A stretch of 64,000 bases of DNA, from contig JALVJO010000102.1 of the NCBI GenBank assembly GCA_027028245.1, forward strand, positions 12,315-76,314, read 5' to 3'. Shown here piece by piece: positions 29,433 through 37,298 of this stretch. Source of the DNA: Deltaproteobacteria bacterium (GTDB lineage: Bacteria; Desulfobacterota; Dissulfuribacteria; Dissulfuribacterales; QOAL01). The translations under genes were made by a program, and so were the position numbers. How positions within the stretch are numbered: position 1 is the stretch's first letter; each line of letters starts with the position of its first letter. The notes below the pieces were generated by a model that worked only from the letters and a program-made list of their open reading frames with translations, had not been told where the DNA came from and ran no database searches.

Positions 29433-30389
29433 ATGAAGGCTGCAGTAATCGGAGCAGGATATCTCGGCAGGTTTCACGCGCAGAAATACGCGGCCATGGA
29501 AGACGTGGAACTGATAGGCGTGGTGGACACGGACAAGGAGCGCTCCAGGCAGGTGGCAGCCGAAGTCGGCTCTGAGGCCTATACAGGATTGGAAGATCTT
29601 ATTGACAAGCTGGATGTTGCCTCGGTGGTGGTTCCCACCACCCTTCATCACCAGGTGGCCAGCAGACTTCTTGAAAACGGAATACATGTCCTTGTGGAAA
29701 AGCCCATGACTACCACCAGGGATGAGGCCTCTGACCTGATAGAGCTTGCTGAAAAAAGGTCACTCGTTCTTCAGGTGGGGCACCTGGAACGTTACAATCC
29801 TGCCGTGGTCACCCTGGAGGAAAGGGTCACCAGGCCTCTTTTCATCGAGGCCCACAGGTTGAGCGGTTTCAAAGAAAGGGCCATTGACGTGGATGTGGTG
29901 CTGGATCTCATGATTCATGATATTGACATAGTTCTTGCCCTTGTAAAATCCAGCGTGAAGGAAATAAGGGCAGCAGGGGTTCCTGTTCTGACCAAGCGTG
30001 TTGATATAGCCAATGTCCGGCTCATATTTCAAAACGGCTGCACTGCAAATCTGACAGCCAGCCGGATCTCTCTAAAGGATCTCAGAAGAATAAGGATCTT
30101 TCAGCCAGGATGTTATATTTCTGCGGACTGCACCCAGAGAAACAATCTTATAGTTACTGCCGATACATCTTCCAGGAACCTTGCCTCCTCTATAAGGCCG
30201 GAATTCTTGACCCATGAAGAGGTTGATGTGCTTGACCTCGAACTCAGGGACTTTATCCGCTCGGTCAAAAATGGCCTGCGGCCCAGGGTTGACGGCAAGG
30301 CAGGCCTGAAGGCCCTTTCCCTGGCACTTGATATAAACGAAGCCATTGACAATGGTTTGAAATCTGCCGGCATTTCGGATGTCCTCTGA
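29433..30389 (+). CDS. Gfo/Idh/MocA family oxidoreductase
   Basis: 318 aa with an N-terminal Rossmann fold MKAAVIGAGYLGRFH and an EKP motif (VLVEKPMT). Confidence 0.85.
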   Translation: MKAAVIGAGYLGRFHAQKYAAMEDVELIGVVDTDKERSRQVAAEVGSEAYTGLEDLIDKLDVASVVVPTTLHHQVASRLLENGIHVLVEKPMTTTRDEASDLIELAEKRSLVLQVGHLERYNPAVVTLEERVTRPLFIEAHRLSGFKERAIDVDVVLDLMIHDIDIVLALVKSSVKEIRAAGVPVLTKRVDIANVRLIFQNGCTANLTASRISLKDLRRIRIFQPGCYISADCTQRNNLIVTADTSSRNLASSIRPEFLTHEEVDVLDLELRDFIRSVKNGLRPRVDGKAGLKALSLALDINEAIDNGLKSAGISDVL

Positions 30390-31581
30390 AAAGATTCTCC
30401 TGGTTGCCGGGGAGGCATCTGGTGAGCAGCATGCCTCAGACCTGGTAAAACACCTCAGAAGAATACGGCCTGAGACAAGGGTATACGCTGTGGGGGGAGA
30501 GAAGCTGCGGCAGGCCGGTGCGGAAATCCTTCTGAGAAGCTCCGGGCTTTCCGTGGTGGGGCTCTTTGAGGTGCTGAATCATCTCGGTCCAATCCTTGGT
30601 GCATACAAGAGGCTGACCAACTGGATGGAAACCCACAGGCCTTCTTTGTTAGTGCTTGTGGACTTTCCAGAATTCAATCTTCTTGTTGCAAGAAAGGCCC
30701 GGGCCTTAAATATTCCGGTATTTTATTACATCAGCCCCCAGATCTGGGCATGGAGGCAGGGCAGGGTTAAAAGGATAAAAAAACTGGTGAATAAGATGGC
30801 AGTGATACTGCCCTTTGAGAAGACCTTTTATCAGCAGCATGGAATGGACGTGGAATTTGTCGGCCATCCCCTTCTGGATTCTGTCAAGACTTGCCATTCA
30901 AGGGAAAAATTCCTTGCAAAATACCATATTCCAACATCAGAAAGGTTGATATGTCTCCTTCCAGGCAGCAGAACAGGCGAGATAAAACGGCACCTTGAAC
31001 TTTTTCTGGATACTGTGCGGCTCATTGCCGCAAGGGCCTCCGGGGTTTCCTTCTGTCTGGCCATGGCTCCAGGCCTCCAGGAAAAGGCATCCTGCTTTAT
31101 TGAAAAGGAGGCAGGCAAGTTCATGGCTGAAGGCGGCCCTCTGATCCGCCTGGTAAAAGGTGAAGCACATGCCGCCATGGCAGCCTCGGATCTTGCTATT
31201 GCTGCCTCGGGGACAGTGACCCTTGAAGCAGCTATTCTCCAGACGCCCATGATCGTTACATACAGGATATCGCCCATGACGTACTGGATAGGAAGAAGAC
31301 TGGTAAAGGTGAAATGGATCAGCCTGGTAAATCTCATTGCCGGCCGCCAGATCGTGCCTGAAGTTATCCAGGAGCATGCCAACCCCGGGGAGCTTTCTGC
31401 CCTTGCCCTGGCGCTTCTGGAAGATGATGCTGCCAGATCCAGAATGGTTGATGGTCTAAAGGAGGCAGTAGGCCTCCTGGGCCGGCCCGGGGCAGCTGCC
31501 AGGGCCGCTTCCATGGCAGCATCCATGCTTGCCGGTCAGGGCTTGACCCGGCAGGCACCGGCCGGAGTCCAGGGGCGCTAA
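30379..31581 (+). CDS. lpxB: lipid-A-disaccharide synthase
   Basis: 400 aa. ILLVAGEASGEQHA at the N-terminus is the LpxB hallmark, and the fold is GT-B like. Confidence 0.9.
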   Translation: MSSEKILLVAGEASGEQHASDLVKHLRRIRPETRVYAVGGEKLRQAGAEILLRSSGLSVVGLFEVLNHLGPILGAYKRLTNWMETHRPSLLVLVDFPEFNLLVARKARALNIPVFYYISPQIWAWRQGRVKRIKKLVNKMAVILPFEKTFYQQHGMDVEFVGHPLLDSVKTCHSREKFLAKYHIPTSERLICLLPGSRTGEIKRHLELFLDTVRLIAARASGVSFCLAMAPGLQEKASCFIEKEAGKFMAEGGPLIRLVKGEAHAAMAASDLAIAASGTVTLEAAILQTPMIVTYRISPMTYWIGRRLVKVKWISLVNLIAGRQIVPEVIQEHANPGELSALALALLEDDAARSRMVDGLKEAVGLLGRPGAAARAASMAASMLAGQGLTRQAPAGVQGR

Positions 31582-31583
31582 TC

Positions 31584-31611
31584 TTGACAATTCGTCCTGC
31601 TTGTATATATT
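31584..31611 (+). promoter_or_regulatory. sigma-70-type promoter for the tRNA unit
   Basis: TTGACA (31584..31589), a 16-nt spacer, then TATATT (31606..31611). It ends 15 nt upstream of the tRNA 5' end. Confidence 0.55.
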
Positions 31612-31626
31612 GATTTTTTCAATTCA

Positions 31627-31700
31627 GGGCCCATAGCTCAGTTGGTCAGAGCCACCGGCTCATAACCGGTTGGTCCCAGGTTCGAATCCTGGTGGGCCCA
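31627..31700 (+). tRNA. tRNA with anticodon CAT (elongator Met, or Ile2 if lysidine-modified)
   Basis: I folded the cloverleaf by hand. Acceptor GGGCCCA/TGGGCCC plus discriminator A; D arm GCTC-AGTTGGTC-AGAGC; anticodon stem ACCGG/CCGGT with loop CTCATAA; T arm CCAGG-TTCGAAT-CCTGG. No CCA is encoded. The acceptor and anticodon stem are not initiator-like. Confidence 0.85.
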
Positions 31701-31810
31701 ATACGGCCTTTTTGCAGGCCGACTCAACCTGCTTGTGTAGAAGACACATGCAAAGGCGGAAGAAAAGATGTGGCTGTTTCACGGAGAATTTGCCGATGAT
31801 TGTTGGCACA

Positions 31811-31838
31811 GGTGCAATTTAAGATTGCACCTTTTTTA
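31811..31838 (+). terminator. rho-independent terminator
   Basis: Perfect 9-bp stem AGGTGCAAT/ATTGCACCT with loop TTAAG, followed by a T-run (31834..31838). Confidence 0.55.
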
Positions 31839-31853
31839 ATGCACAGAAATAGC

Positions 31854-32672
31854 ATGGTTCCCACAGTCAATGACATAACCGATGAGCTGTTTTCCTGGGC
31901 ACCTCAAGACCTGGCAGAGGAATGGGACAATGTCGGGCTCCAGGTGGGCTATCCTTACTGGCAGGTTAAAAGGGCAGTAATAGCCCTGGATGTGACGCCC
32001 TTTACCCTGGCGTTTGCCCTTGAAGTAAAGGCCGACATTGTAATTTCACATCATCCGCTGATATTCAAGCCCCTGACCCGGCTGAATCTGAATGAAACAA
32101 CTGCCCGCCTCCTGGCGGGTTTTTTGCGTCATGAAATCTCGGTGGTATCCATGCATACCAATCTTGATTCAGTCCTTGGCGGCGTCAATGACAGGCTGGC
32201 ATCGCTGATCGGCCTGGCGGATTCAAAGCCTCTTGTTCCCAGGGAAGCAGGCATGGAGGCCGGCCTCGGACGGATAGGGCAGCTTGCCTCCCCGGTTCCG
32301 GCCCGGAAATTCGTGCAGCATATTTCTTCCGTACTGGACAAGCCCTGTGTTGCTGCTGCCGGCAACCTCCATGGCAAAATAGCAAGGGTCGCCCTTTGTT
32401 CCGGTTCGGGTTCGAGCCTTTTTCCAGAGGCAGTGAAAAACGGTGCCGATGCATATGTCTCTGCCGAGATAAAACACAGTACTGCCCGGGAAGCAGAGGC
32501 CCTGGGAATCCTCGTGGTGGATGCCGGACATTTTGAGACAGAAAGACCGGTGGTGCATGATATTCGGGAGTTTCTCTCAGACAGGGCAAAGGAAAGGGGT
32601 TGGGAACTTGAGACAGTCGTGTTTGAGGCTGAAAGATCGCCTTTCATGTATTTTAGTGAAAATACCAAATAG
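31854..32672 (+). CDS. Nif3-like dinuclear metal centre protein (YbgI/GTP cyclohydrolase 1 type 2 family)
   Basis: WDNVGLQVG and ISHHPLIFKP motifs. I chose the start at the ATG at 31854 (MVPTVNDI..) because the upstream part of the ORF covers the terminator hairpin. Confidence 0.85.
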   Translation: MVPTVNDITDELFSWAPQDLAEEWDNVGLQVGYPYWQVKRAVIALDVTPFTLAFALEVKADIVISHHPLIFKPLTRLNLNETTARLLAGFLRHEISVVSMHTNLDSVLGGVNDRLASLIGLADSKPLVPREAGMEAGLGRIGQLASPVPARKFVQHISSVLDKPCVAAAGNLHGKIARVALCSGSGSSLFPEAVKNGADAYVSAEIKHSTAREAEALGILVVDAGHFETERPVVHDIREFLSDRAKERGWELETVVFEAERSPFMYFSENTK

Positions 32673-32794
32673 GGTCTTGGGCTGTCCACTGGCATGAGGT
32701 CTGCCTTGTATCAGTAATTTTGAGGTCATTTTTCGGGAAAAATCGCGACATTGACCTTCTATCGAATCTATATATTTTTTAAAGGGGAAAAAAA

Positions 32795-33502
32795 TTGAGA
32801 CCAGAACTTTCCACACTCATCAGGCTTCAGGGAATAGATCTCGAAATCAGGAAACTCGGGCTTGAAAAGGCAGAATTACCTGAAAGGCTTAATGCCCTAA
32901 AGGAATTGATGACGGAAAAGGAGACGGAAATAGCAGAACTCAAGGACAAACTCGCTGATCTTCGTACAAGGAAAACCGAGGTTGAAGATGAGCTGGAACT
33001 GGAAAGCGAGAGGCTGAAAAAGTCCCAGCAGAAAATGAGCTCTGTGAAAAACAGCAGGGAATACCAGGCCCTGTCCAAGGAAATAGAAGAGATCAAGAAG
33101 TCCAACAAGGCAAGAGAGGATGAAATCCTGCAGCTGGATGAGGAAATCGATGAGCTGAAGAAACAGGTAAAGGAAAAGAATAAAGAGGTTGAAAAGCTGA
33201 AAAAGGAGGCCTCGGCAGAGGAAAAGAACATTTCAAGGGCCGAGAAGGACATAGATGCCAAGATAGCCGCCCTTACGGCCGAGAGGGACGAGGTGGCCAA
33301 GGACGTCAAGCCCGAGCTCATGGCCAGGTACAGGTTCCTGGCCGAAAAGAGGGCCGGCATAGTTGTGGCGGCCGTGGATGAAGGTGTGTGCAGTGTCTGC
33401 AACATGAATATTCCTCCCCAGATGTATAACGAGCTCTTGAGGGATGAAAAATTGCTTTTTTGTCCCTCATGCCAACGTATTATCTATGCCTTGAAGGCTT
33501 AG
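32795..33502 (+). CDS. coiled-coil C4 zinc-ribbon protein (COG1579/DUF164-like)
   Basis: 235 aa with a long E/K-rich coiled coil and a C-terminal CSVCNM...CPSC zinc ribbon. The position between Nif3 and rnpB is classic. TTG start. Confidence 0.8.
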   Translation: MRPELSTLIRLQGIDLEIRKLGLEKAELPERLNALKELMTEKETEIAELKDKLADLRTRKTEVEDELELESERLKKSQQKMSSVKNSREYQALSKEIEEIKKSNKAREDEILQLDEEIDELKKQVKEKNKEVEKLKKEASAEEKNISRAEKDIDAKIAALTAERDEVAKDVKPELMARYRFLAEKRAGIVVAAVDEGVCSVCNMNIPPQMYNELLRDEKLLFCPSCQRIIYALKA

Positions 33503-33549
33503 GCCTTTTTGGATTGCAACAGCATGCTTCAGGAATTAACTTGAATTCA

Positions 33550-33914
33550 GGCCTTGCAGGCAGGCGGATGATCGCCCGTCTCAAGCGGGAGGAAAGTCCG
33601 GGCTCCACAGGGCAAGGCGGTTCGTAACACGAACCGGGGGAAACCCCAGGGAAAGTGCCACAGAAAACAGACCGCCCCGCCAAATGCGGGGTAAGGGTGA
33701 AAAGGTGAGGTAAGAGCTCACCAGCTGCAGGGGTGACTCTGCAGGCTTGGTAAACCCCGCCTGGAGCAAGACCGAATAGGGAGACGTTTGAAGGCGGCCC
33801 GTCTGAGTCTCCGGGTAGGTTGCTTGAGGTGCCGGGTGACCGGCATCCCAGATGAATGATCATCCTTCCGGTTTGCGGAAGACAGAACCCGGCTTACAGC
33901 CTGCCTTCAAGGCC
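33550..33914 (+). ncRNA. rnpB: RNase P RNA, bacterial type A
   Basis: Universally conserved blocks GGAGGAAAGTCCGGGCTCCACAGGGCA, GGTAAGGGTGAAA, AGACAGAACCCGGCTTA and CCAGATGAATGATCATCC are present. The P1 helix pairs 5' GGCCTTGCAGGCAGGC with 3' GCCTGCCTTCAAGGCC, followed by a T-run. The minus-strand ORF 33480..33863 is an artefact of this RNA gene. Confidence 0.92.
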
Positions 33915-34007
33915 TTTTTCTTTTCAGGTTTTTGACCTGGTTGTTCAGCCTGTACAGGTTGATCCAAAGATCTTTTCCTTCTACCGATTTTGGAAAGGTG
34001 AGCAGAC

Positions 34008-34847
34008 ATGGCAGATATTACCCCAGTGCATATAAGGGAAAGAAAGCTTCAGGGGCCTCCCATCACAATGCTTACAGCCTACGACTACAGCTTTGCCAGT
34101 ATGGTGGACGCCGCCGGTATTGATATAATTCTCGTGGGCGATTCCTTAGGCATGGTAGTGCTCGGTTATGATTCCACCGTGCCGGTGACCATGGAGGAGA
34201 TGCTGCATCATTGCCGGGCGGTTTCAAGGGGCGTGAAAAGGGCCCTCCTGGTGGGAGATATGCCTTTCATGTCTTACCAGGTAAGTCCTGAAGATGCCCT
34301 GATGAATGCCTCGAGGTTTCTTAAGGAGGCCGGCTGTGATGCCGTCAAGCTCGAAGGGGGCGTGGACGTGGCGCCGGTGATAGAAAGGCTTGTGAAAGCC
34401 GGCATCCCTGTCATGGGCCACGTCGGGCTTACTCCCCAGACAGCATCAAGTCTGGGAGGCTTCAGGGTCCAGGGAAAGGACATCGAACGGGCCAGGGCCA
34501 TTTACAAGGATGCCCTTGCCGTGGCCGAGGCAGGGGCCTTCTCGGTAGTACTGGAATGCATTCCTTCCGAGTTGTCCGTTCTTATTACAAAGGAAGTGGA
34601 TATCCCTACCATCGGCATCGGGGCAGGCCCAGGGTGTGACGGCCAGGTACTGGTTACCAACGACCTGCTGGGATTGTACGAAAAATTTACTCCCAAATTT
34701 GTCAGGAAATATTTGGATCTTGCACCCAAGATAAACCAGGCGCTAAAGACCTTTAAAAAAGAAGTGGAAGCCGGGGATTTCCCCTCTCTGGAGGAGAGTT
34801 TTTCTGGAGGAGAAGAGGCCGTCAAGGCAATCAGAGCGCAGAATTGA
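34008..34847 (+). CDS. panB: 3-methyl-2-oxobutanoate hydroxymethyltransferase
   Basis: 279 aa with ITMLTAYDYSFASMVDAAGIDIILVGDSLGMV and KLEGG motifs. Confidence 0.95.
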   Translation: MADITPVHIRERKLQGPPITMLTAYDYSFASMVDAAGIDIILVGDSLGMVVLGYDSTVPVTMEEMLHHCRAVSRGVKRALLVGDMPFMSYQVSPEDALMNASRFLKEAGCDAVKLEGGVDVAPVIERLVKAGIPVMGHVGLTPQTASSLGGFRVQGKDIERARAIYKDALAVAEAGAFSVVLECIPSELSVLITKEVDIPTIGIGAGPGCDGQVLVTNDLLGLYEKFTPKFVRKYLDLAPKINQALKTFKKEVEAGDFPSLEESFSGGEEAVKAIRAQN

Positions 34848-35496
34848 TTTGACTGCCTTGACAGGCCAAAATAAAAAAGGAGGAGGGTAGGAGGCGTAGT
34901 CCCCGGCTTTTTTTATTTTGCTTTTACCTTTCCACGGCGTTTTCCCGCCCTTTCGCACTTTCTCTTGCAATTGTTGCAGATAGCAGGCTGGGTCGGCCTG
35001 TTTGGGTTCTTTAGACAATACATATCTTTTTCCCTCTTTCTTTGTATCTATGTAATCAAAGGAAAATTGTTTTTATATATACTTGAAGCAACAATCATGC
35101 CGAAATGGGTATTTAAAATCTGCTATTTGCAGTTTGAGGGTAACTAGCTGATTTTATACTTGAAAAATCAACATGTCTTGAGGTTCCGTTATTGGAGCCG
35201 TCCCGATCTTGGTGAAATTCGTCCACGTCCTATCCATTTATGTGTCTAAAGTGTCCCGCTTGTCAGTAAAATGACATTTCATGAATTCACATGGAATGAT
35301 TTTCAGACCGGAGAGCTGGTTAATTTTTTATCAATAGACGGGGATTTTTCTGTTGCAAAAGAATGGGAATTAAGAGTAAATAAGAGATATAAAGGTGGCT
35401 ACAGTTCTTTATTGGCGCATGACTGAAAATAACAAAACTACTGAAAAACGAAGGAAGGTCCTGGTCCCTTCCCCGGGTCGGCTTACAAGGGCGGGG

Positions 35497-35712
35497 ATGA
35501 GGATTGTTTGCCCGGAATGCGGCAATGACCAGGATTTTTTCGAGGTTGCCCAGGAAGTCACCATTACCACATGCTACATCCAAAATCCAGACGGCAGTTT
35601 TACGCCCCAGAGTGACGAATCCACCATCCTTGGTGATATCAAACTCTTTTGCGGCGAATGTTATGCAGATCTTTCGCAATATTATCAACGTTTTGCGGAG
35701 ATGATTTTTTGA
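35497..35712 (+). CDS. small zinc-ribbon protein of unknown function (start uncertain; ORF open from 35395)
   Basis: MRIVCPECGND...LFCGECYADLSQYYQRFAEMIF has two CxxC pairs. The purine-rich AAGGGCGGGG lies just upstream of the ATG at 35497. The stop TGA overlaps the TTG at 35709 of the next gene (TTGA). Confidence 0.5.
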   Translation: MRIVCPECGNDQDFFEVAQEVTITTCYIQNPDGSFTPQSDESTILGDIKLFCGECYADLSQYYQRFAEMIF

Positions 35713-36497
35713 CAGGCCAGCCATCCCGCCTAATTTTAAAAACAAATAGGGCATTCAGAAAGAGATTTCAAGAACTGAAAAAGGGAGACGTGGTTTCATG
35801 CGTCCTGAACCTCGCTCCAGGAGAAGATTACCTGCTCCTTGACCTTGTGCAAAGAGGCGTGTTCTTGATGCCCTCTGCCATTTCACAGCTGGCCAGCAGG
35901 TCCAAGTGCTGTCAGGCTGCCCTGTTTCTCCAATGGATGCATCCCCTTACAACCATAATAAGAAAAAAGACGGACCTTGTCCGGGCCGTGGAAGAATATG
36001 GAAGGTCCGGCGTGGAACGAGTAATCACCAAGCTGGACAGGTCTGACTGCGGCCTGGGTATATGCATATGGGAGTGTGTAGAGGAGGTTTTCAGCCAGGT
36101 TGTCTTTTCCAAGACTCCTCCCTATCCCTTTGTGCTTCAGCCGTTTATTCCAGAATGTACAGACATAAGGGTTATATGGATAGGAAAAGAGTACAAAGAG
36201 TCTTACTGGCGGAAAAACCCTTTCAGTTTCAGAAACAACCTCCACTTTGGTGGTCTATCTGGGAAACATGAACTCAGCCCCGAAGAGGAGGGTATCTGCA
36301 GGGAGGTAATGAGGCGGGGAGATTTTCCCTATGCCCATATAGATCTTCTCAAAACTGGCAAAGGAGAGGTGTTTTTTTCAGAGATCAGCCTGTTCGGTGG
36401 ACTCAAGGGGGCATCAGTCAGTGATGCAGAGGCCAATGCAATGAAACAGTGCCTCCAGGATGAATTTATACAGGGGCTGGAATCTCAAGCCAATTAA
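35709..36497 (+). CDS. ATP-grasp enzyme, RimK/LysX-like
   Basis: Motifs parallel RimK: DIRVIWIG, FRNNLHFGG, AHIDLLKTGKGEVFFSEISLFGGLKG. The start is either TTG at 35709 (GGAG 9 nt upstream, overlapping the upstream stop) or ATG at 35649. Confidence 0.7.
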   Translation: MTGQPSRLILKTNRAFRKRFQELKKGDVVSCVLNLAPGEDYLLLDLVQRGVFLMPSAISQLASRSKCCQAALFLQWMHPLTTIIRKKTDLVRAVEEYGRSGVERVITKLDRSDCGLGICIWECVEEVFSQVVFSKTPPYPFVLQPFIPECTDIRVIWIGKEYKESYWRKNPFSFRNNLHFGGLSGKHELSPEEEGICREVMRRGDFPYAHIDLLKTGKGEVFFSEISLFGGLKGASVSDAEANAMKQCLQDEFIQGLESQAN

Positions 36498-36569
36498 GGG
36501 CTCCTTTCAGTGTTTTGTAAGGTTCGGCAATTCTGACGGAAGTATTGATCTTTTATTGCATGCTGTAAA

Positions 36570-37298
36570 ATGGACATTGATGAACACCTTTCAGGGCTAG
36601 AGTCCAGACTTGGATACGTATTCAGGGACAAGTCCCTCCTAAGGCAGGCACTCACCCACAGGTCTTATGCCGCAGAGCATGAAGGCAGGTCTGCTGACAA
36701 TGAAAATCTGGAATTCTTGGGAGACGCGGTATTGGAACTGGCTGTCAGCGAGATGCTTTACAGGCGGTTTGCAGACAGGTTCAGGGAGGGTGATCTCACA
36801 AAGATGCGGGCATATCTTGTCAGTGAGCCAAGGCTTGCAGAAAGGTCCAGGGCCCTGGACCTGGGGAATGCAGTATTTCTAAGCAGCGGAGAGGAAAAAA
36901 GCGGAGGCCGGGACAGGCCTTCTATCCTTGCAGATGTCTTTGAAGCCGTCACAGGGGCCATTTTCCTGGACGGAGGCATGAAGGCAGCCTGCTCTTTCCT
37001 GAAAAAACAGTTTGAGCCACTGATAGATTCTGCGCCTGAGGAGGGCCTTTCAATCGACTTTAAGAGCAGGCTCCAGGAATTGATACAGAAACGTTTTCAT
37101 TTTCTGCCCACGTACAGGCTCCTTGATACATCCGGCCCGGATCACAAAAGGGTTTTCAGGGTCGGTCTTTATCTGGAAGATCTGGAAATATCCATAGGCC
37201 AGGGCCATTCAAAAAAGGAGGCTGAGCAGAGCGCCGCCAGGGCCGCCATGGAAAACATGGAACAAATAATAGCAAATCATGGAAACAGACAGGGGTAA
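36570..37298 (+). CDS. rnc: ribonuclease III
   Basis: 242 aa with signature NENLEFLGDAVLEL and a C-terminal dsRBD (..GPDHKRVF..GQGHSKKEAEQSAA). Confidence 0.95.
   Translation: MDIDEHLSGLESRLGYVFRDKSLLRQALTHRSYAAEHEGRSADNENLEFLGDAVLELAVSEMLYRRFADRFREGDLTKMRAYLVSEPRLAERSRALDLGNAVFLSSGEEKSGGRDRPSILADVFEAVTGAIFLDGGMKAACSFLKKQFEPLIDSAPEEGLSIDFKSRLQELIQKRFHFLPTYRLLDTSGPDHKRVFRVGLYLEDLEISIGQGHSKKEAEQSAARAAMENMEQIIANHGNRQG

Noticed and set aside
33480-33863. 127-aa minus-strand ORF (and a 62-aa one) in the ORF track
   Set aside because: It lies entirely inside the RNase P RNA gene on the opposite strand. The translation is Pro/Gly/Arg-rich, as expected for the antisense strand of a GC-rich structured RNA, so it is not a gene.
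34868-34920. Long A/T-only inverted repeat after panB (CAAAATAAAAAAG ... CTTTTTTTATTTTG) around a purine-rich loop
   Set aside because: It could be a bidirectional terminator. However, the stem is entirely A:T, the loop is about 27 nt, and there is no GC clamp, so it is not convincing as a rho-independent terminator. I did not report it as a feature.
35271-35426. 51-aa ORF (MTFHEFTWNDFQTGELVNFLSIDGDFSVAKEWELRVNKRYKGGYSSLLAHD) in the AT-rich island, below the ORF-track cutoff
   Set aside because: It has no ribosome-binding site and no recognisable family, and it overlaps the 5' extension of the Zn-ribbon ORF in another frame. The support is too thin to call a gene, though it could matter if the island encodes a peptide system.
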